Notes: generated by a model from the sequence alone, not told the origin. Shown: positions 13,890 through 26,293, numbered from the stretch's first letter. The stretch is 64,000 nucleotides of DNA from Isurus oxyrinchus (GCA_026770705.1 JANJGN010000392.1:186001-250000); one strand, 5' to 3'. Numbers and translations are program-made.

Positions 13890-14480
13890 AAATCGTTTTT
13901 TCTCTTGTCAACTCTAATCCTTCTACCAATTTCCTTGAACTTGTACCACCTGTTTATTGAATTCTCCGCCTGGAATAACTGTCGTTACTGTCTACCCTAA
14001 CTCGACATCTTATGATAGTGTCCACCTCAATTGTGTCTCCTCTCAGCCCCATCAGTTCCAAGAGAACGAGTCTATAAACATATTCCTTAAAGCTGCAATT
14101 GTCCAGCCTTTGGAAACATACATGCAAATCTCCTCCGTACTCTCTACAGAAAAACATATAGTAATGCAGTGGTCTGATTTATACAACACATAATCCATCT
14201 ATGGCAAGCCATCATTTTTTTTAAAATTACATTTCCAATGTTACATCCATGCTATTGTATTCAAAACCTCGTCCAATAAAAACAAAATCTGTATGCTCTC
14301 TTTATGAACTTGTCCACGTTTCCAACCATGAGGAATCTGTTAACAATGTCTCTCAATTCACCTACACATCTGCTTTGCTTGCCCTCCCCAAAGGCAGCAC
14401 CTCACAGTTCACAGGATTGAATTCCATTTGACATTTTGCAAACATTTACGCAAGCGATTGATTTCATCCTTTAGCCTCTC
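13890..14480 (-). mobile_element. Old CR1 3' fragment
   Basis: Minus ORF 13954-14157 LRGDTIEVDTII..RVD (CR1 LRGDLIEVYKI..GIDRVD). Confidence 0.7.
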
Positions 14481-15109
14481 ATTCCAGGATTGGCCGTCTC
14501 CCTTAAATTGCACCAGATCCCATACCTCCTCATTCGATTTGATGTATTTTGCGGCTTTCCACCCGATATTGTGCTAATCATGATGGATATGCGCTCCCAA
14601 GGTTTTCCAACTCACAACATTAATAATGACACACATATGTGAGGTCATATTTTATATATATCACTAAATTACCTAGAGGTTTGAGGAAGTGGGGGGAAGC
14701 TGTGCGGGACTGGGGGAAAGGACACAACCTTCAGACTTTTCTGCATTCTAACTTTAAAATTGGAGTGTGGGATGAAACTGTTGGCGGCTTTCAAAAAACA
14801 TCCCCACATCAGGCGCACCACCAACTGCCAACATTTCACACGGCCTAAACCCCAGGAATTATCTGTGTATGAAACACACATTTAAAGAGCCGCATCACAT
14901 TTCGAGGCTTAATCCAAGGCTCATGGAAAGATTGTGCAAGTGAATGAATTATAGCGTTTTTCAAATATGCAGTGCAATAAAAAAACTGCAGCAGGGAATT
15001 GTGCGCAGCAAATTCCTACAGCCAGAAGCACCAGGGAGAGTGGCACATTTGGGAAATTGCACATCGATCCCCAATCACAAGATACTAATTTTTCCCTTCA
15101 GCCTCTATC

Positions 15110-15640
15110 CTCCATTTGTTCTTCGATGTATCCTTCTTCATCAGTGTTTCCATCAATCCGTACAATCTCGTTTTTTTCTCTCTGTCACCCTCTCTCCCTG
15201 CCCCTGTTACTGTTAACTCGATCTTTCCTCTCTCTGTGCTTTGTCTGCATACTTCTTTGTCCCTCTCATTGTTTCCTCCATCTCTCTTATCTTTCTCAAT
15301 GTGTCTCTCTGACTCTCTATCTCCCTCTCTCTGTCTCTCTCACGCTTTCTTCCATCTCTCCTTTCCATTCTTCCCTCCTCCTCTGTTTCCTCAATGCTTC
15401 CATCTCTCTCTCACTCTCTCTCCCTCTCCCTCTGTTGTTGTCTGTCTCGCTCTACCCTATCTCATATTCCTCCGCTCAAACGCTGTTTTCTCACTACGCC
15501 TCACACTTTTGACTCAATTTCTCCTTTACCTGTCTCTCTGTCATTCCCATGCTCTCTTCCTCTTCTCGTAATCTCCAACACACATTCACCCAACCCATCT
15601 TTCTTTCTCTGTCACGCTCTGTCTCTCACCTTCACGTGCC
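15110..15640 (+). repeat. Pyrimidine-rich (CT) low-complexity tract
   Basis: Direct composition. Confidence 0.9.
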
Positions 15641-15972
15641 ACTGGATTGAGATGCTCAACGTTAGTGAGAACGAACTCTAGGACCTCAATAATCCGAATT
15701 GAAAAATCGTTAAACCATCATTCCATCGCATTGTCTAAGATCCCATCTTTAGTTTTGAATTATGATATCTTCACGTTAACAACTTTAACATCGAGCGCTC
15801 CCACGTTCTTTAAAGTCACTGAATTCACACTCATTAAAGCGTGGTTACAGATTACTTTTAAAAATTATGTGTGTATTTTCTCACAGTGAGTCCCCAAGCA
15901 CCACACGCTGGCAAGTGCGAGAGGAACATATCTTTGATGATAACTGGTGATAAATCAGTGTAGGAAAATAAA

Positions 15973-16473
15973 TTTCGTGATTTATCATTGACAAACGGGC
16001 GACGATAGTCCCAGGAATAGGTCACAAACGTTTATTCGAACAGCTGCAAGGAAAGAACCACCTCAATGCAGCTTGAGATAGCGCTCTGCTAAATTACAAG
16101 GGTTTCACATAATTATACTTCAATGATCACGTACATCCCTGGCATCAGTTGCATCCCACTCTTCACCCAGTTGGAGAAATCCTCTTCTATCTAAGCTGGG
16201 ACCACTTGTCTTTCACCTACCTGTAGAAGAGCACACTTAATCTTAAATAGTTTCCAACCTAATTCTCCAGCCTGACTCCCCAATCACCCAAACTATCGTT
16301 TTCTTAATTAGTTCATGTGTATTATGGCTTCCAGGGCTTTGCTGCTGATAGCAATTCTTGAGGATTTACGAAGTTCATGGAGTTTAACTTTTACCGTTTG
16401 CTTTACTCTTTTGTGCTGGCATACCTGTAGATTCAAATTTAAGGATATTATTCTCTTATAATGAATTCTCATG
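15973..16473 (-). repeat. 3' LTR of env-only element
   Basis: Shares blocks with 19455-19911, e.g. ctgctaaattacaa, ctggcatcag, cttctatctaagc, tacctgt.gaagagc.cacttaatc; inner boundary approximate. Confidence 0.75.
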
Positions 16474-16719
16474 TTTTTTTTTCCCCTCTAACCGTCTTGC
16501 CACCACCCCCACCTTTAGCCCTTGGCAAAGAGGGGTACTCTCCGTTCCTTTAAGAAGCGCCGCCAATTAATGCTGACCAACCTCCAACTTTGGATTGTAG
16601 AAGATCTGGTCAGATCATTTGTATCGTCTGGCCCTTCAGGACGCTGGCTTAAAAACTTCTTCTCCGAATGTTAAAAATCCACGAGCGCTATATCTTCTGT
16701 GACATTCGGTTCCGATGAA

Positions 16720-18250
16720 TCAAGTATATATAAATAATATCCGGTGAATCACACATAGGGCGTGGGAGATAATCCGAATCCACCAGCGTATTTGTCCCTT
16801 TGTGATCCAATTACACCAGCACCATGCAGAGAAACCACTTTGTTCGATATCCTCTTGTAGTGTCCCAAATATTTGCTGAACCATTTTATGAATCGCGGAA
16901 AACTGATCTGGTAGGGAATTAAATAGAACAAATGGTTAAATTAATGTTTTAGCGTATCCTTAATGCTTTCCTTTACCTGAACAGTAGTCGTTATTAAGTT
17001 ATATATTTCGGCCAGTTTCACTTTCCCTAACCATGCTGGCGCTTGCACAAGCAAGCACACTGTATGATTGTGAATGGGGCATATCCGCTTGCTCCCATAT
17101 TGGATCTTTTGCTGTCACAAGGTAATACAAAATCTCCCATTCCCCACGTGTGCCCCATGGCCCATTTCATTCCGAGCTCACTTGGTTACAGTTGTACAAT
17201 TTTGTTGCCGCTTTATATGCACACCTTGCTTTTTTGCCTCATATATTAAATATGTACATAAAACTGTTGCTTTCTGTATATTACACCCTTCTAATATTGT
17301 GCTACATATATTCCCTTCTATGTCTGCTGCATGCGGCGGAATGTTATGGTACCTAATATAGTGACCCCCACTCCTTATCTCCCCTTATCTTCTCCATGCA
17401 TTAATCTTTCGGTTGTTAACATAGTTATATCAGTTATCATTGTGACAATATCATTTGGCATATTTTTTCAATATTATTTCAAACTTCATGCTGTGTTCAC
17501 TGTTAAACCTCTGAGCTGGATACCAGTCAAGTCATGACCATCATGTAGTGAAATATAAAATTAATTTTCATTAGTTAACCATAAACGAACATTAATCAGT
17601 CTTAAATTCTCTCGGTGTTTTCCAATGCCCAGCATCCATAGCTGCTACAAACAACATTTCAGTTTGCATCATCTAAAATCTGTTTTACTATACCGATCAG
17701 TTTATTGATAGTCCAAGCATGACCTTCGTGCACGGTAGCCAGGTTTTGGATTAATAGTGTTATGTCTTGGTCTGTGTTTAATTGGGCATTATGAATTCCC
17801 TGTCCCAGTTCTAAGATTTCCTTAAGCCTGGAGTTCAAGGTCCGAAACTTCAGATCAACGGCTGCCAGATCAATCGACTGAACCATTGACGTAACTAAAC
17901 ATATCAGATCCCTGACACCTCTGCCCCCAATCTGAAGAAAACCACTGCTACAATTAATAAAGCTTGCAGAATCTGAATTAGGGACAATTGTTGTAAAAAA
18001 TCGTGAAAAAAGAAAATTCCCTTTTGAGAACTTTATCACGAAACAAATTTCAAAATGTTAACCTTAATTATCAGTGTAATTAACAGGATCAAAATTAGTA
18101 TTACCTCTTTCTCATGTGTATTGATGTTTATGCAAATTAAATGCTCCATATGTTTATCAACCCATTGTTCATCTTTGATAGCATGCACGTTATTTAGAAG
18201 TAAACTCTTAAAGGTCACCGCACTTAACTTCGAAAGACTTTTCAAAATTC
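16720..18250 (-). pseudogene. env: Decayed class I viral fusion glycoprotein (env) with Cys-rich ectodomain and C-terminal TM
   Basis: Hand translation across stops and frameshifts: RGVR|DL cleavage-like site (17911-17922); heptad-like SIDLAAVDLKFRTLNSRLKEILE..INKLIGIVKQIL; Cys-rich HYIRYHNIP..CSTILEGC..VLC..NCT..AHVGNGRFCIT..YG..CPIHNHTVC; TM-like WWIRIISHALCVIHRILFIY (~16725-16785). Confidence 0.65.
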
Positions 18251-19433
18251 AACTCGCTGTGCTTTTTGGATGCAGACTTCCATTCCTATTTAATTCATCA
18301 CTTCAAAATGAATCCCGTTTTATCCATTGGAGCCAACTAGACCTTTTGATTATGCCTTTTGATTTTAAACTCGTATGAGCTAATGTAACTCGTATGTATC
18401 AAACCCAAACATTTCAATTAAAAGCAAACCATTTTGTAGCTTTCAAATACCTTCGAAGTACGATTTTTGCGATAAATCTCGAATCAAACCTAATCCTCAA
18501 ATGTTTGTAATGTTTTTGTACACTTTTCTTCAATCTGATCTGGGGTGTCAACTCTTTAAAGTTGGTCTACTAACACAAATGACAATTTAAGGAAGGGAAC
18601 ACGTTAAAGCTCACATGGAAATGCTTCCTTGCTCACAAACTGACATCTCTTAACAAGTGTGCATTTATGTTGCTGTATCCTTAGCTTAACGTCCTAAAAT
18701 TCTCATAATCTATACGAAACCTCAGATAGCCGAGGGGGAATAAAGGAAAACTTGAAGGCTCCACCAATAGGGGCAATCAAACTGGCTGAAGCACCCATTT
18801 CCTCTAGCTCCAGCACGTTATTGCTCATTAGTCCACCTATGGCTGCCCCCACTCTCTCTCTCCCTCTTCAGCACAAGCAGTTCTTGTGACGTAGATCAAT
18901 ACATTTATTTATTGTGAAATAAAATTCAGTAGTGGAATTTCTGTGTCCCAATCATCCTCCCATATGTTCTTGATTATTATTGACCATTCTTTCTCTATGG
19001 ACCACGTAATGGAGTCCGCGGATCTCCTGTCGAGTTCCATAGCACTAACCAGTTTTGCCGAGAGCATTGTACTTCTTTGTATCTGCACAAATAATTCATT
19101 TGCCTCTGACTAGTTAGTTACTCACGCTTTAATTAGGGGTCTGGGCCCACTGCCCGGTTTCGGTTGTGTTTATATTTCACACGGTAACCCGCATGTACTG
19201 CTCTACCTCACGCTTTGGAGCGTGGTCATGGCGGCCTCGGCACCGCTAGTCCGCCAGGGCGGCTCTTGCCTTCTACCTCAGCACGTATTTTCCGTGTCAG
19301 GTACTGAGTCCTCCGACCGATCCTCTGATATTCGGCTGGATTATTCTCGGTTAGGCTTCCTGCACTAACGGCTGGTGGTAAATACAATATACACACCCAC
19401 TATGCAGAGCCTTCCCGAGGGACAGTTTGGAGT

Positions 19434-19451
19434 CTCCTGCCAACTATGCCA
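19434..19451 (-). promoter_or_regulatory. Primer-binding site, tRNA-Ser(AGA-type)
   Basis: Minus TGGCATAGTTGGCAGGAG vs the complement of the vertebrate tRNA-Ser(AGA) 3' end TGGCGTAGTCGGCAGGAT; two of the three mismatches are CpG transitions; lies 3 nt from the LTR end. Confidence 0.8.
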
Positions 19452-19454
19452 AAC

Positions 19455-19911
19455 TGTTGTATTATCTTTGACAAGCGGTCCAAAGGAAGCTCAGCTACAG
19501 TTCACGATCGTTTTTTCGAGCAATTGCAATTAGAGAACCAAGTCGAGATGGCTTGAGAAAGCACGCTGCTAAATTACAATTTCAGCATACTTTTGCTTTG
19601 CTGATCCCTTCATCTCTGGCATCAGGCATTCCCAATTTATAGCCAGACAGACACCTACCCTTCTATCTAAGCAAGGATCATCTGTCCTTTCCTTACCTGT
19701 TGAAGAGCCCACTTAATCCATGTTATTGCCATCCTCTGAATCCAGTCCGGCTCCCAAAGACTTTCTGTTGATTGCAGTCCCTAAGGCTGGGCAAGGTTCA
19801 ATGGTCATCTTTATCTCTTCATCTGCTTGGTATCGCTGGCTGCCTGGAACTTTTAAGTAATTAATTCCCTTTCATTATATTATTACTTATTTACCTGAAC
19901 ATTCTATCACA
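19455..19911 (-). repeat. 5' LTR of env-only element
   Basis: Minus strand begins TGTGA and ends CAACA; immediately upstream of the PBS. Confidence 0.8.
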
Positions 19912-19949
19912 ATAAATTATTACATTTACCCGGTCTGGATGGGATGTAT

Positions 19950-21390
19950 GAGAGTCAGTGTACGATGAAATGCTGGTGTTAATTTAAGCTCTGACCATAA
20001 TGTTTTAGTCATCCCTGATTATGGGAGAGGGTTTGATAATTGAAAATGTTTAAACCTGTTTATAAATGGAGAGAGGGATAAACCCAGGAATTACTGAACA
20101 GTCAGGGAAATGTCGTTGGTGGGGACGTTTCTAGAGACTATAATCTTGGGCAGAAATTATTGTTAATTTATTAGAAAATAAAAGCTTTCAAAAATCGGAA
20201 GCATGAATATTTCAATGGGAAGTCATATCTGATAAACTGAATTGAGATATTTGTCTACATAATGAGTTTTGATGAGGGAACTCAGGTTTATGTTATGTAT
20301 TGATCAATTGTCATTTACAAGACTTGTTGCACAAAACGTGTCTAATGAATTAAAGGCGATATTGGCACTGCTAGTATGAATTTGGCTAAGCAGCAAATAT
20401 GAAAGAGGAGAGCTTAATGATAGATATTCAGGCTAAAAATGAATATAACGTCATGTTCCCTTGGAGGTCTGTATGTGGACCGAGGCTCTTTTTGATGCAC
20501 TTTAATATAAACGATTCTATATGAAAGGCATGATTTCAAAGCAAGGAGGGGATTGTTTTACATTTATAGGTTTCTGTTTTCTGACGGAGAAGTGGAGAAT
20601 TTTATTTCTCTGAGACGGTTGTTCATATAAGGATTTCTCTGCCTCACATGCAGTGCAGGCAGGGGCACGGAACATTTTTAGACTGAGAGGGGTAGGTTCA
20701 TGTGAGGCAAAGTAATCAGTGATTAGCGGATGCAATTGGGAAAGTAGAATTCGAAACACAAACAGATCAGCCATTATGTTTTGAATAACGGAGGAGGCTC
20801 CAGGGGCTCAGAGGCCCATTTGTTCACTTATGTCACATGTTCTTTTTGCAGATGACAGAAATCCGAAATTGGAAACTGCAATGGATAGTAGTAAGCTTCA
20901 GTACGATGTACACAAATTGGGGAAATGGAGAGATAGGGAGAAGGAAAATTTATTTCAGGGATGCATGGAAGATGAATCTGGGAGGAGGTATGCGGGGAGA
21001 GAGACTATAAGATGAATGAAAATCTTAAGCAGAATGCCAGCATAGTGCGGATAAATGAACACACTTCTTTATAACTGGAATGACAAGTTGTTAGAATTGT
21101 TTATAATGCACAGAGGATGATTGATTCTATAAATAGAGGCAGCGAGCAGACAAGCAAATCATGTTAAAGATTCTTACAACACTGTTAATGCCCGGCTGAG
21201 GTTTAATGTCCATTTCACGTCACAATATTTTAGAAAGGGTATGAGAGTCTTGGAGATGTCTCAGAAGGGATATGTTGGAATGGTGACTCGAATAATTGAT
21301 CTCAGTTCCATGGGGAGAGTGGAGAAGCAGAACTTTTTTCCTTTGATCAGTCACAGTAAAGGGAAATTTGAGGAGAGGTCTCCAAATTAA
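19950..21390 (+). mobile_element. Two old CR1 RT/3' fragments
   Basis: Degenerate KPLFK.G.R..PGNY.PV, LFADD.. and 3' UTR 'gctcagaggcccatttgttc' motifs. Confidence 0.6.
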
Positions 21391-23357
21391 GACCATAAGA
21401 ATATGAAACATAGGAGCAGAAATTTGGCCATTCGGCCCATCGAGTCTGTTCTGCTATTCAATCATGGCTGATCAGTTTCTCAACCCCATGCTCACGCCTT
21501 CATCCCTTAACCTTTGATCCCCGTATCAGTCAAGAACCTATCTCTCTTGGTCCTAAAGAAACTCAATATCTTGGCCTCCACAGCCATCTGTGGCACCGAA
21601 TTCCATAGATTAACGACCTTCTGGCTAAAAGAGTTTCTCCCCTTCTTGCTTTGGAAAGGTCTTCCCTTTACTCTTGATGCTGTGCCCTTGGGCTCTAGTC
21701 TCTCCTACGAATTGGAACATCTTCCCTACGTCCACTCTATGTAGGCCTTTCAGTACTCTGTAAGTTTCAAGACAGCCAATCTGCTATCCAGGCTAATACC
21801 TTGTTTCTAACACCATCTTACTGAGCAGCCTCATGTGCAACACCTTGTCAAATGCCTTCCGGAAGTCCAAGTATATAAAATTCATTGGCTCTCCTTTGTC
21901 TAACCTACTCGTTACCTCCTCAAAGAATGCAAACAGATTTGTCAAGAATGACCTACCCTGGATGAATCCATGCTGACGATGCCCTATTTCACCATGCATT
22001 TCCCAGTATTCTGAAATCTCATCCTTAATAATGGACTCTAAAATCTTACCAACGATCGAGGGAATTCGGAACGGCCTGTAACTTCCCGTCATTCGCCTCA
22101 CTCCCTTCTTAAATTGCTGAGTTACATTAGCAATTTACCAGTCCTCTGGCAGCCTCCCTGAATCGAGTGATTCCTGAAAGCTCAGCAATAACGCCTCCAC
22201 TATCTCTTCAGCTATCTCCTTCAGAACTATGGCGTGTAATCCATCTGGTGTAGGTGATTTATCCACCTTCAGACCTTACCCTTGTCCTAATCACCTTCTC
22301 CTTTTTAATGGCCACCATACTCACCCCTGCCCCTCTGGCTCTCTTGAACTTTGGGTGATCTTACTCGTTGTCTTCCACAGTGAAGACTGACGCAAAGTAT
22401 CTAATCATTTCCTCCACCATTTCTTAGTTCACCACTACTACTTCTCCAGCATCAAAGTGGACACTTTTGCCTCTCTCTTACACTTTATATATCTAAAAAA
22501 AAACTTTTGTGATTTTCCTTTATATTACTGGCTAGTATAACGGCATATTCCATCTTCACCCTCCTTATTTCTGTTTTAGTTGTCTTAACTTGGTCTTTGT
22601 AAGCTTCACATTCCCCTGGTTTCCCACTGCATTTCGCCACATTGTAAGCTTTTTCTTTAGGCTTTATGCTGCCCCTGACTTCCCTTGTTAGCCATGGTGG
22701 CTCGTCCTCCCTGTAGTATGCTTCTTTTTCCATGGATGAATTTTTGCTGTGCCTCCCAAATTACTCCCAGAAACTGCTGCCATTGCTGTTCCATAGCGTT
22801 TACTGCTAGGCTCATCTTCCAGTAAATTTTGGCCAGCTCCTCCCTCATACCTCTGTAACTGCCTGTTTTCCACTGTAGTTCCGTTACATCTGATTCCAGT
22901 TTTTTGCTCTCAAATTGCATGGTAAATTCTAGGATATTATGGTCACTTCCTCCTAAGGGTTCCTTCTCCGTAAACTCCATTGTCAAATATGCCTCAATAC
23001 ACATCACTAAATCTATAATTGCCTGTTCCCTAGTGGGTTCCACCACAAGCTGCTACAAAAAGTCATTTCTCAAAAATTCTACATATTCCTTTTCTTGGGA
23101 TTCACCACCAACCTTTTCTTCCCAGTCTACGTGCATATTGAAATCCACGATGATCACGGTAACCTTGCCTTTCTTACACGCTTTTTCCCTTTCCTGATCT
23201 ATCTTGTGCACCATATCCTGAACACTGTTCGGTGGCCTGTAAATTGCTCGCATTATGTTTTTTTATTATCTTTGCGGTTCCTCAACTCTACCGACACAGA
23301 TTCCACATCATCTGTCCCTACATCATTTCTAGCTATCGATTTGATTTCATTTCTTAC
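21391..23357 (-). mobile_element. CR1 LINE, left part (host of the ERV), with an internal deletion at ~21770
   Basis: ORFs YRPFRIPSIVGKILESII..YLDFRKAFDKV, EPTREQAIIDLV, IYRPPN; relative to the paralog at 43096-46200 about 700 bp are missing. Confidence 0.9.
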
Positions 23358-24197
23358 TGTGGAAGATTAAAATACATCTACGGGACAACTAAGGGTTAAA
23401 CGGTTGAAATCATATTGGAATACTACAGCACAGTTCCCTCATCTGTTCTAGAAGGCACACCTGCAGCTGCCAGCTAATTGAGCAGGAAAGGAGAAAAGGA
23501 TTATCATATTGAAGATTCCTAGAATCCTTGAGGCAAGGCTAGGATGTCAGCCCCCAACACAAAGAGACAGGATCAAGCAATGGTCATCTGTTCTCTAGAA
23601 TGTCCACTCACTAGCACTAAAGATAATGTCAAGCATGGTTATCTATTCTCAGTCTCACTTTTTATCACCAGATGGACTCCTCCTAAGATCCGGGGTAGTC
23701 ATAAACTAGAATAGAATAATTGTGTGGAAAAATTCAGAAGGTCTAGCAGCATTAGCAGAGAAGAAAAGTGTTGACGCTTTGAGTCCTCAAGACCCTTCAA
23801 CGGAACTGGAAGTTCTGTTAAAGGGTCATGAGGACTCGAAACATCAATTCTTTTCTTCTCCGCCGATGCTGCCAAACCTGCTGTGCTTTTCCAGGTAACT
23901 CTGTTTTTGTTTTGGATTTCCAGCATCCGCAGTATTTTTTTGTTTTTACATTAGAATAATTGTGTGCCAAAGATAATGGTTCTCATTATAATTAATTATT
24001 GAAGGTTAGGCAGTTTTATCACCTTCTTGGTCTATGATATGTACGACTGTTACTATAACTATGTGTGTACTCTGATGCTGGCTCAGAGTGTCAGCTAGCT
24101 CCATTGTATTTAACTGGACTGTCTGTGATATCACGATTAAATAAGGGATTCTGAGACAACCCTCCTGGGTCTATTTGTTCACTCCGATTCTGCAACA
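23358..24197 (+). repeat. ERV 5' LTR (with a 225-bp secondary insertion)
   Basis: TGTGGAAGA...GCAACA; aligns with 31798-32396. Confidence 0.92.
23727..23951. mobile_element. Palindromic non-autonomous element (Penelope-derived/MER6-like hairpin, by inference) inserted in the 5' LTR
   Basis: ~80-bp inverted arms around 'gaactggaagttc' (~23803-23815); exact 15-bp flanking duplication TAGAATAATTGTGTG (23712-26, 23952-66); absent from the 3' LTR. Confidence 0.75.
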
Positions 24198-24200
24198 AAT

Positions 24201-24218
24201 TGGTGACGAGGATGGGAT
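24201..24218 (+). promoter_or_regulatory. Primer-binding site, tRNA-Ser(GCT)
   Basis: TGGTGACGAGGATGGGAT vs the complement of the tRNA-Ser(GCT) 3' end TGGCGACGAGGATGGGAT (one CpG transition). Confidence 0.9.
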
Positions 24219-24541
24219 CCAACTGAAGACTAGGAGCCTCTTAAGTTGAAGAGGAATTTGAAATTCTTGGTTGGATCCCTAAAAACAAAGAACCTTCTGG
24301 AAAAAGTGAGGAATACCTCTCCCAAGTTAGAGAGAGTGCATACTGCATGCTAACAGAAAGGGGGATTGCAGTCAATCAGCATCCTAGCTGAGAAGTGGAC
24401 AGTGTGTAAAATGGTAGCTATTGGCCAAAGAGACTTGCGTGACCACAGAATCGGAGGACGTGTTAAGGAACTCTTAAACACCGGTGAGCACATAGGGTAG
24501 GAAAGGCGCCACGCTGTTAATTGTGCTTCCTTTTCAGATAA

Positions 24542-26290
24542 ATGGGAGGACCCAGCAGCAGAGCGGGCTCTGCCACTCCCCCTGCCTCTCTAAGTAATAA
24601 GAACATACAGAAACTACAACTGAAAGGGGGACCCTTAAAGATGGGTAAGAGAACGGAAAAACAAAGGATAATGGTAACCAAAGCTCATCAGCAGGTAAGA
24701 GATCCGCTTGTCGATCCGGGTTCACCAGCCAACGTTGTAATGTGAGAAACGGGCGATGACCGGTATGCTGTGCCTTTTAGCAGTGACTTGTACGGGTGGA
24801 CGCGGGGAGAATGGCCGTATGGGGGATGTTTTAAAATACCCCTTATTCAGGTCTGGTGGGATGGGGTAGCTAATGGGGCTGGAGATCGCAACTGGGATCT
24901 TGACCATATGATGGGTTGTTTTAGTAAATGGATGGAGGTTGCAAAATGCCACCAACCCACTATATTATAGAATAAAATGGAAAATCAGACCAAAGGTACT
25001 GAAAAGATGATAGACCAAAACGTGGCCCACGAGACTGTTTATGTAGATGCGCCCTCCACTGCACCCTCTGCATCTCCACCGTATCCCCTCAGCACCGACC
25101 AACTGGGACCTTACACCTTGTATCCAAGACTCGCGGCATCTGGCAACCTTCACTGGCACCCCCTTCCTGAACCTTTAACAGATGAACTTATAGAAATATC
25201 CTCGGCCTGAAGCCAATCCAATGGGGATGTCATGGTTAGCCGATGCCAGTTTAGGAGAGGGAGCAGGAGCGGGACCAGCAAATAATGAACCGGATAGTAC
25301 TCAATCCGACCTCGAATCCCAAATTAGGGAAGTCGACGTTGGTAGAGCAATGACGTTTCTCTGGCAAAGTACACAGGACAATCTACCAAGAAGGTAGCGA
25401 CAGCGGCTGACTCAACCTCTCCTGTATTTCAGAATCCTAAAATTATGATTGGTGACGGCTATACCCAAACCATGGACTCCAGCGGAAGCTTGAGCTATGA
25501 TAGCCAAAGCGCCCGATCCTATAAAACGCCCAGCTGCATTCCTAAATTGGCTGGAACAGATATATGAATTTTACCAGCCCCTTCCGGGCGATTTGCAAGC
25601 TTTATTAAAATTTGATTATGGTAGCTCCTGGGCACCTTACAAAACACCAATCCGGTGCCACCAGGGGAGAATGCAGACTGGCAGGAAAACGCTGAGCTAG
25701 CAGAGGGTGGGAATGAAAGTTTAAAACATTGGCTGCAAGGCAGGGACAAAGCTGCTATTATGGCAGCAGCGCAAAGATACAGGGACATGGGGGAAGGAAC
25801 TCGGTGCCTGCAAAGGAAAGAGGAAAGCACCCCTGATTTTTTGAACCGATTGCATAATACTTGGGAGGAGTATGTGGGCGTTTCCCTTAGCAACGTACTC
25901 TGAGCTATACAAACAGTGCTGAATTGCATGCTCGCCCAACATGTCCAATCTTTCAAAATGTGAATCCTAAACTGGCAAACTTTGAAATGGTCTGAAACAA
26001 CCACTGCCTTGGTTAATATGGAACGAGAGGGTCTATTTGTTAGCAACAGGGAGGGTTCCAAACAGCAGAAAAACAATTTTCTTCTTCAAGGTCAGAATAA
26101 ACGTATGGGAAAAGTAAGAAGCCAGAGAGGAGATAAATCCCTTGACACGTGTCACAAATGCGGAAAAAGGGGACACTGGGCTAGAGAATGTTGATCGGTT
26201 CCCCCCTAGGGAACCTGTTGGGTCCCATGGCCAGCAGGCTGTGGCGATTCCCTCCTTTACTTTCAACAAGAAAAGGGGTGCCCAGGGGAG
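24542..26290 (+). pseudogene. gag: ERV gag (disrupted)
   Basis: PSAP/PPY-like late-domain region (PSTAPSASPPYP), capsid-like PDP.K.P..F..WL, MHR-like QRKEESTPDFLNRL, zinc knuckle CHKCGKRGHWAREC; 5' start uncertain. Confidence 0.85.
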
Positions 26291-26293
26291 GCT

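Larger units (their letters stand above)
15973..19911 (-). mobile_element. Non-autonomous LTR retroelement carrying a decayed fusion/env gene and no recognisable pol (lokiretrovirus-like by inference)
   Basis: Diverged direct repeats at both ends; ATAAA on both flanks (15968-15972, 19912-19916); PBS adjacent to the 5' LTR; purine tract AGAGGGGAAAAAAAAA (minus) at ~16474-16489. Confidence 0.8.

Noticed and set aside
14944-15681. Long Leu/Ser-rich ORFs (up to 181 aa), also 12497-12902
   Set aside because: By-products of CT/GA low-complexity tracts lacking stop codons
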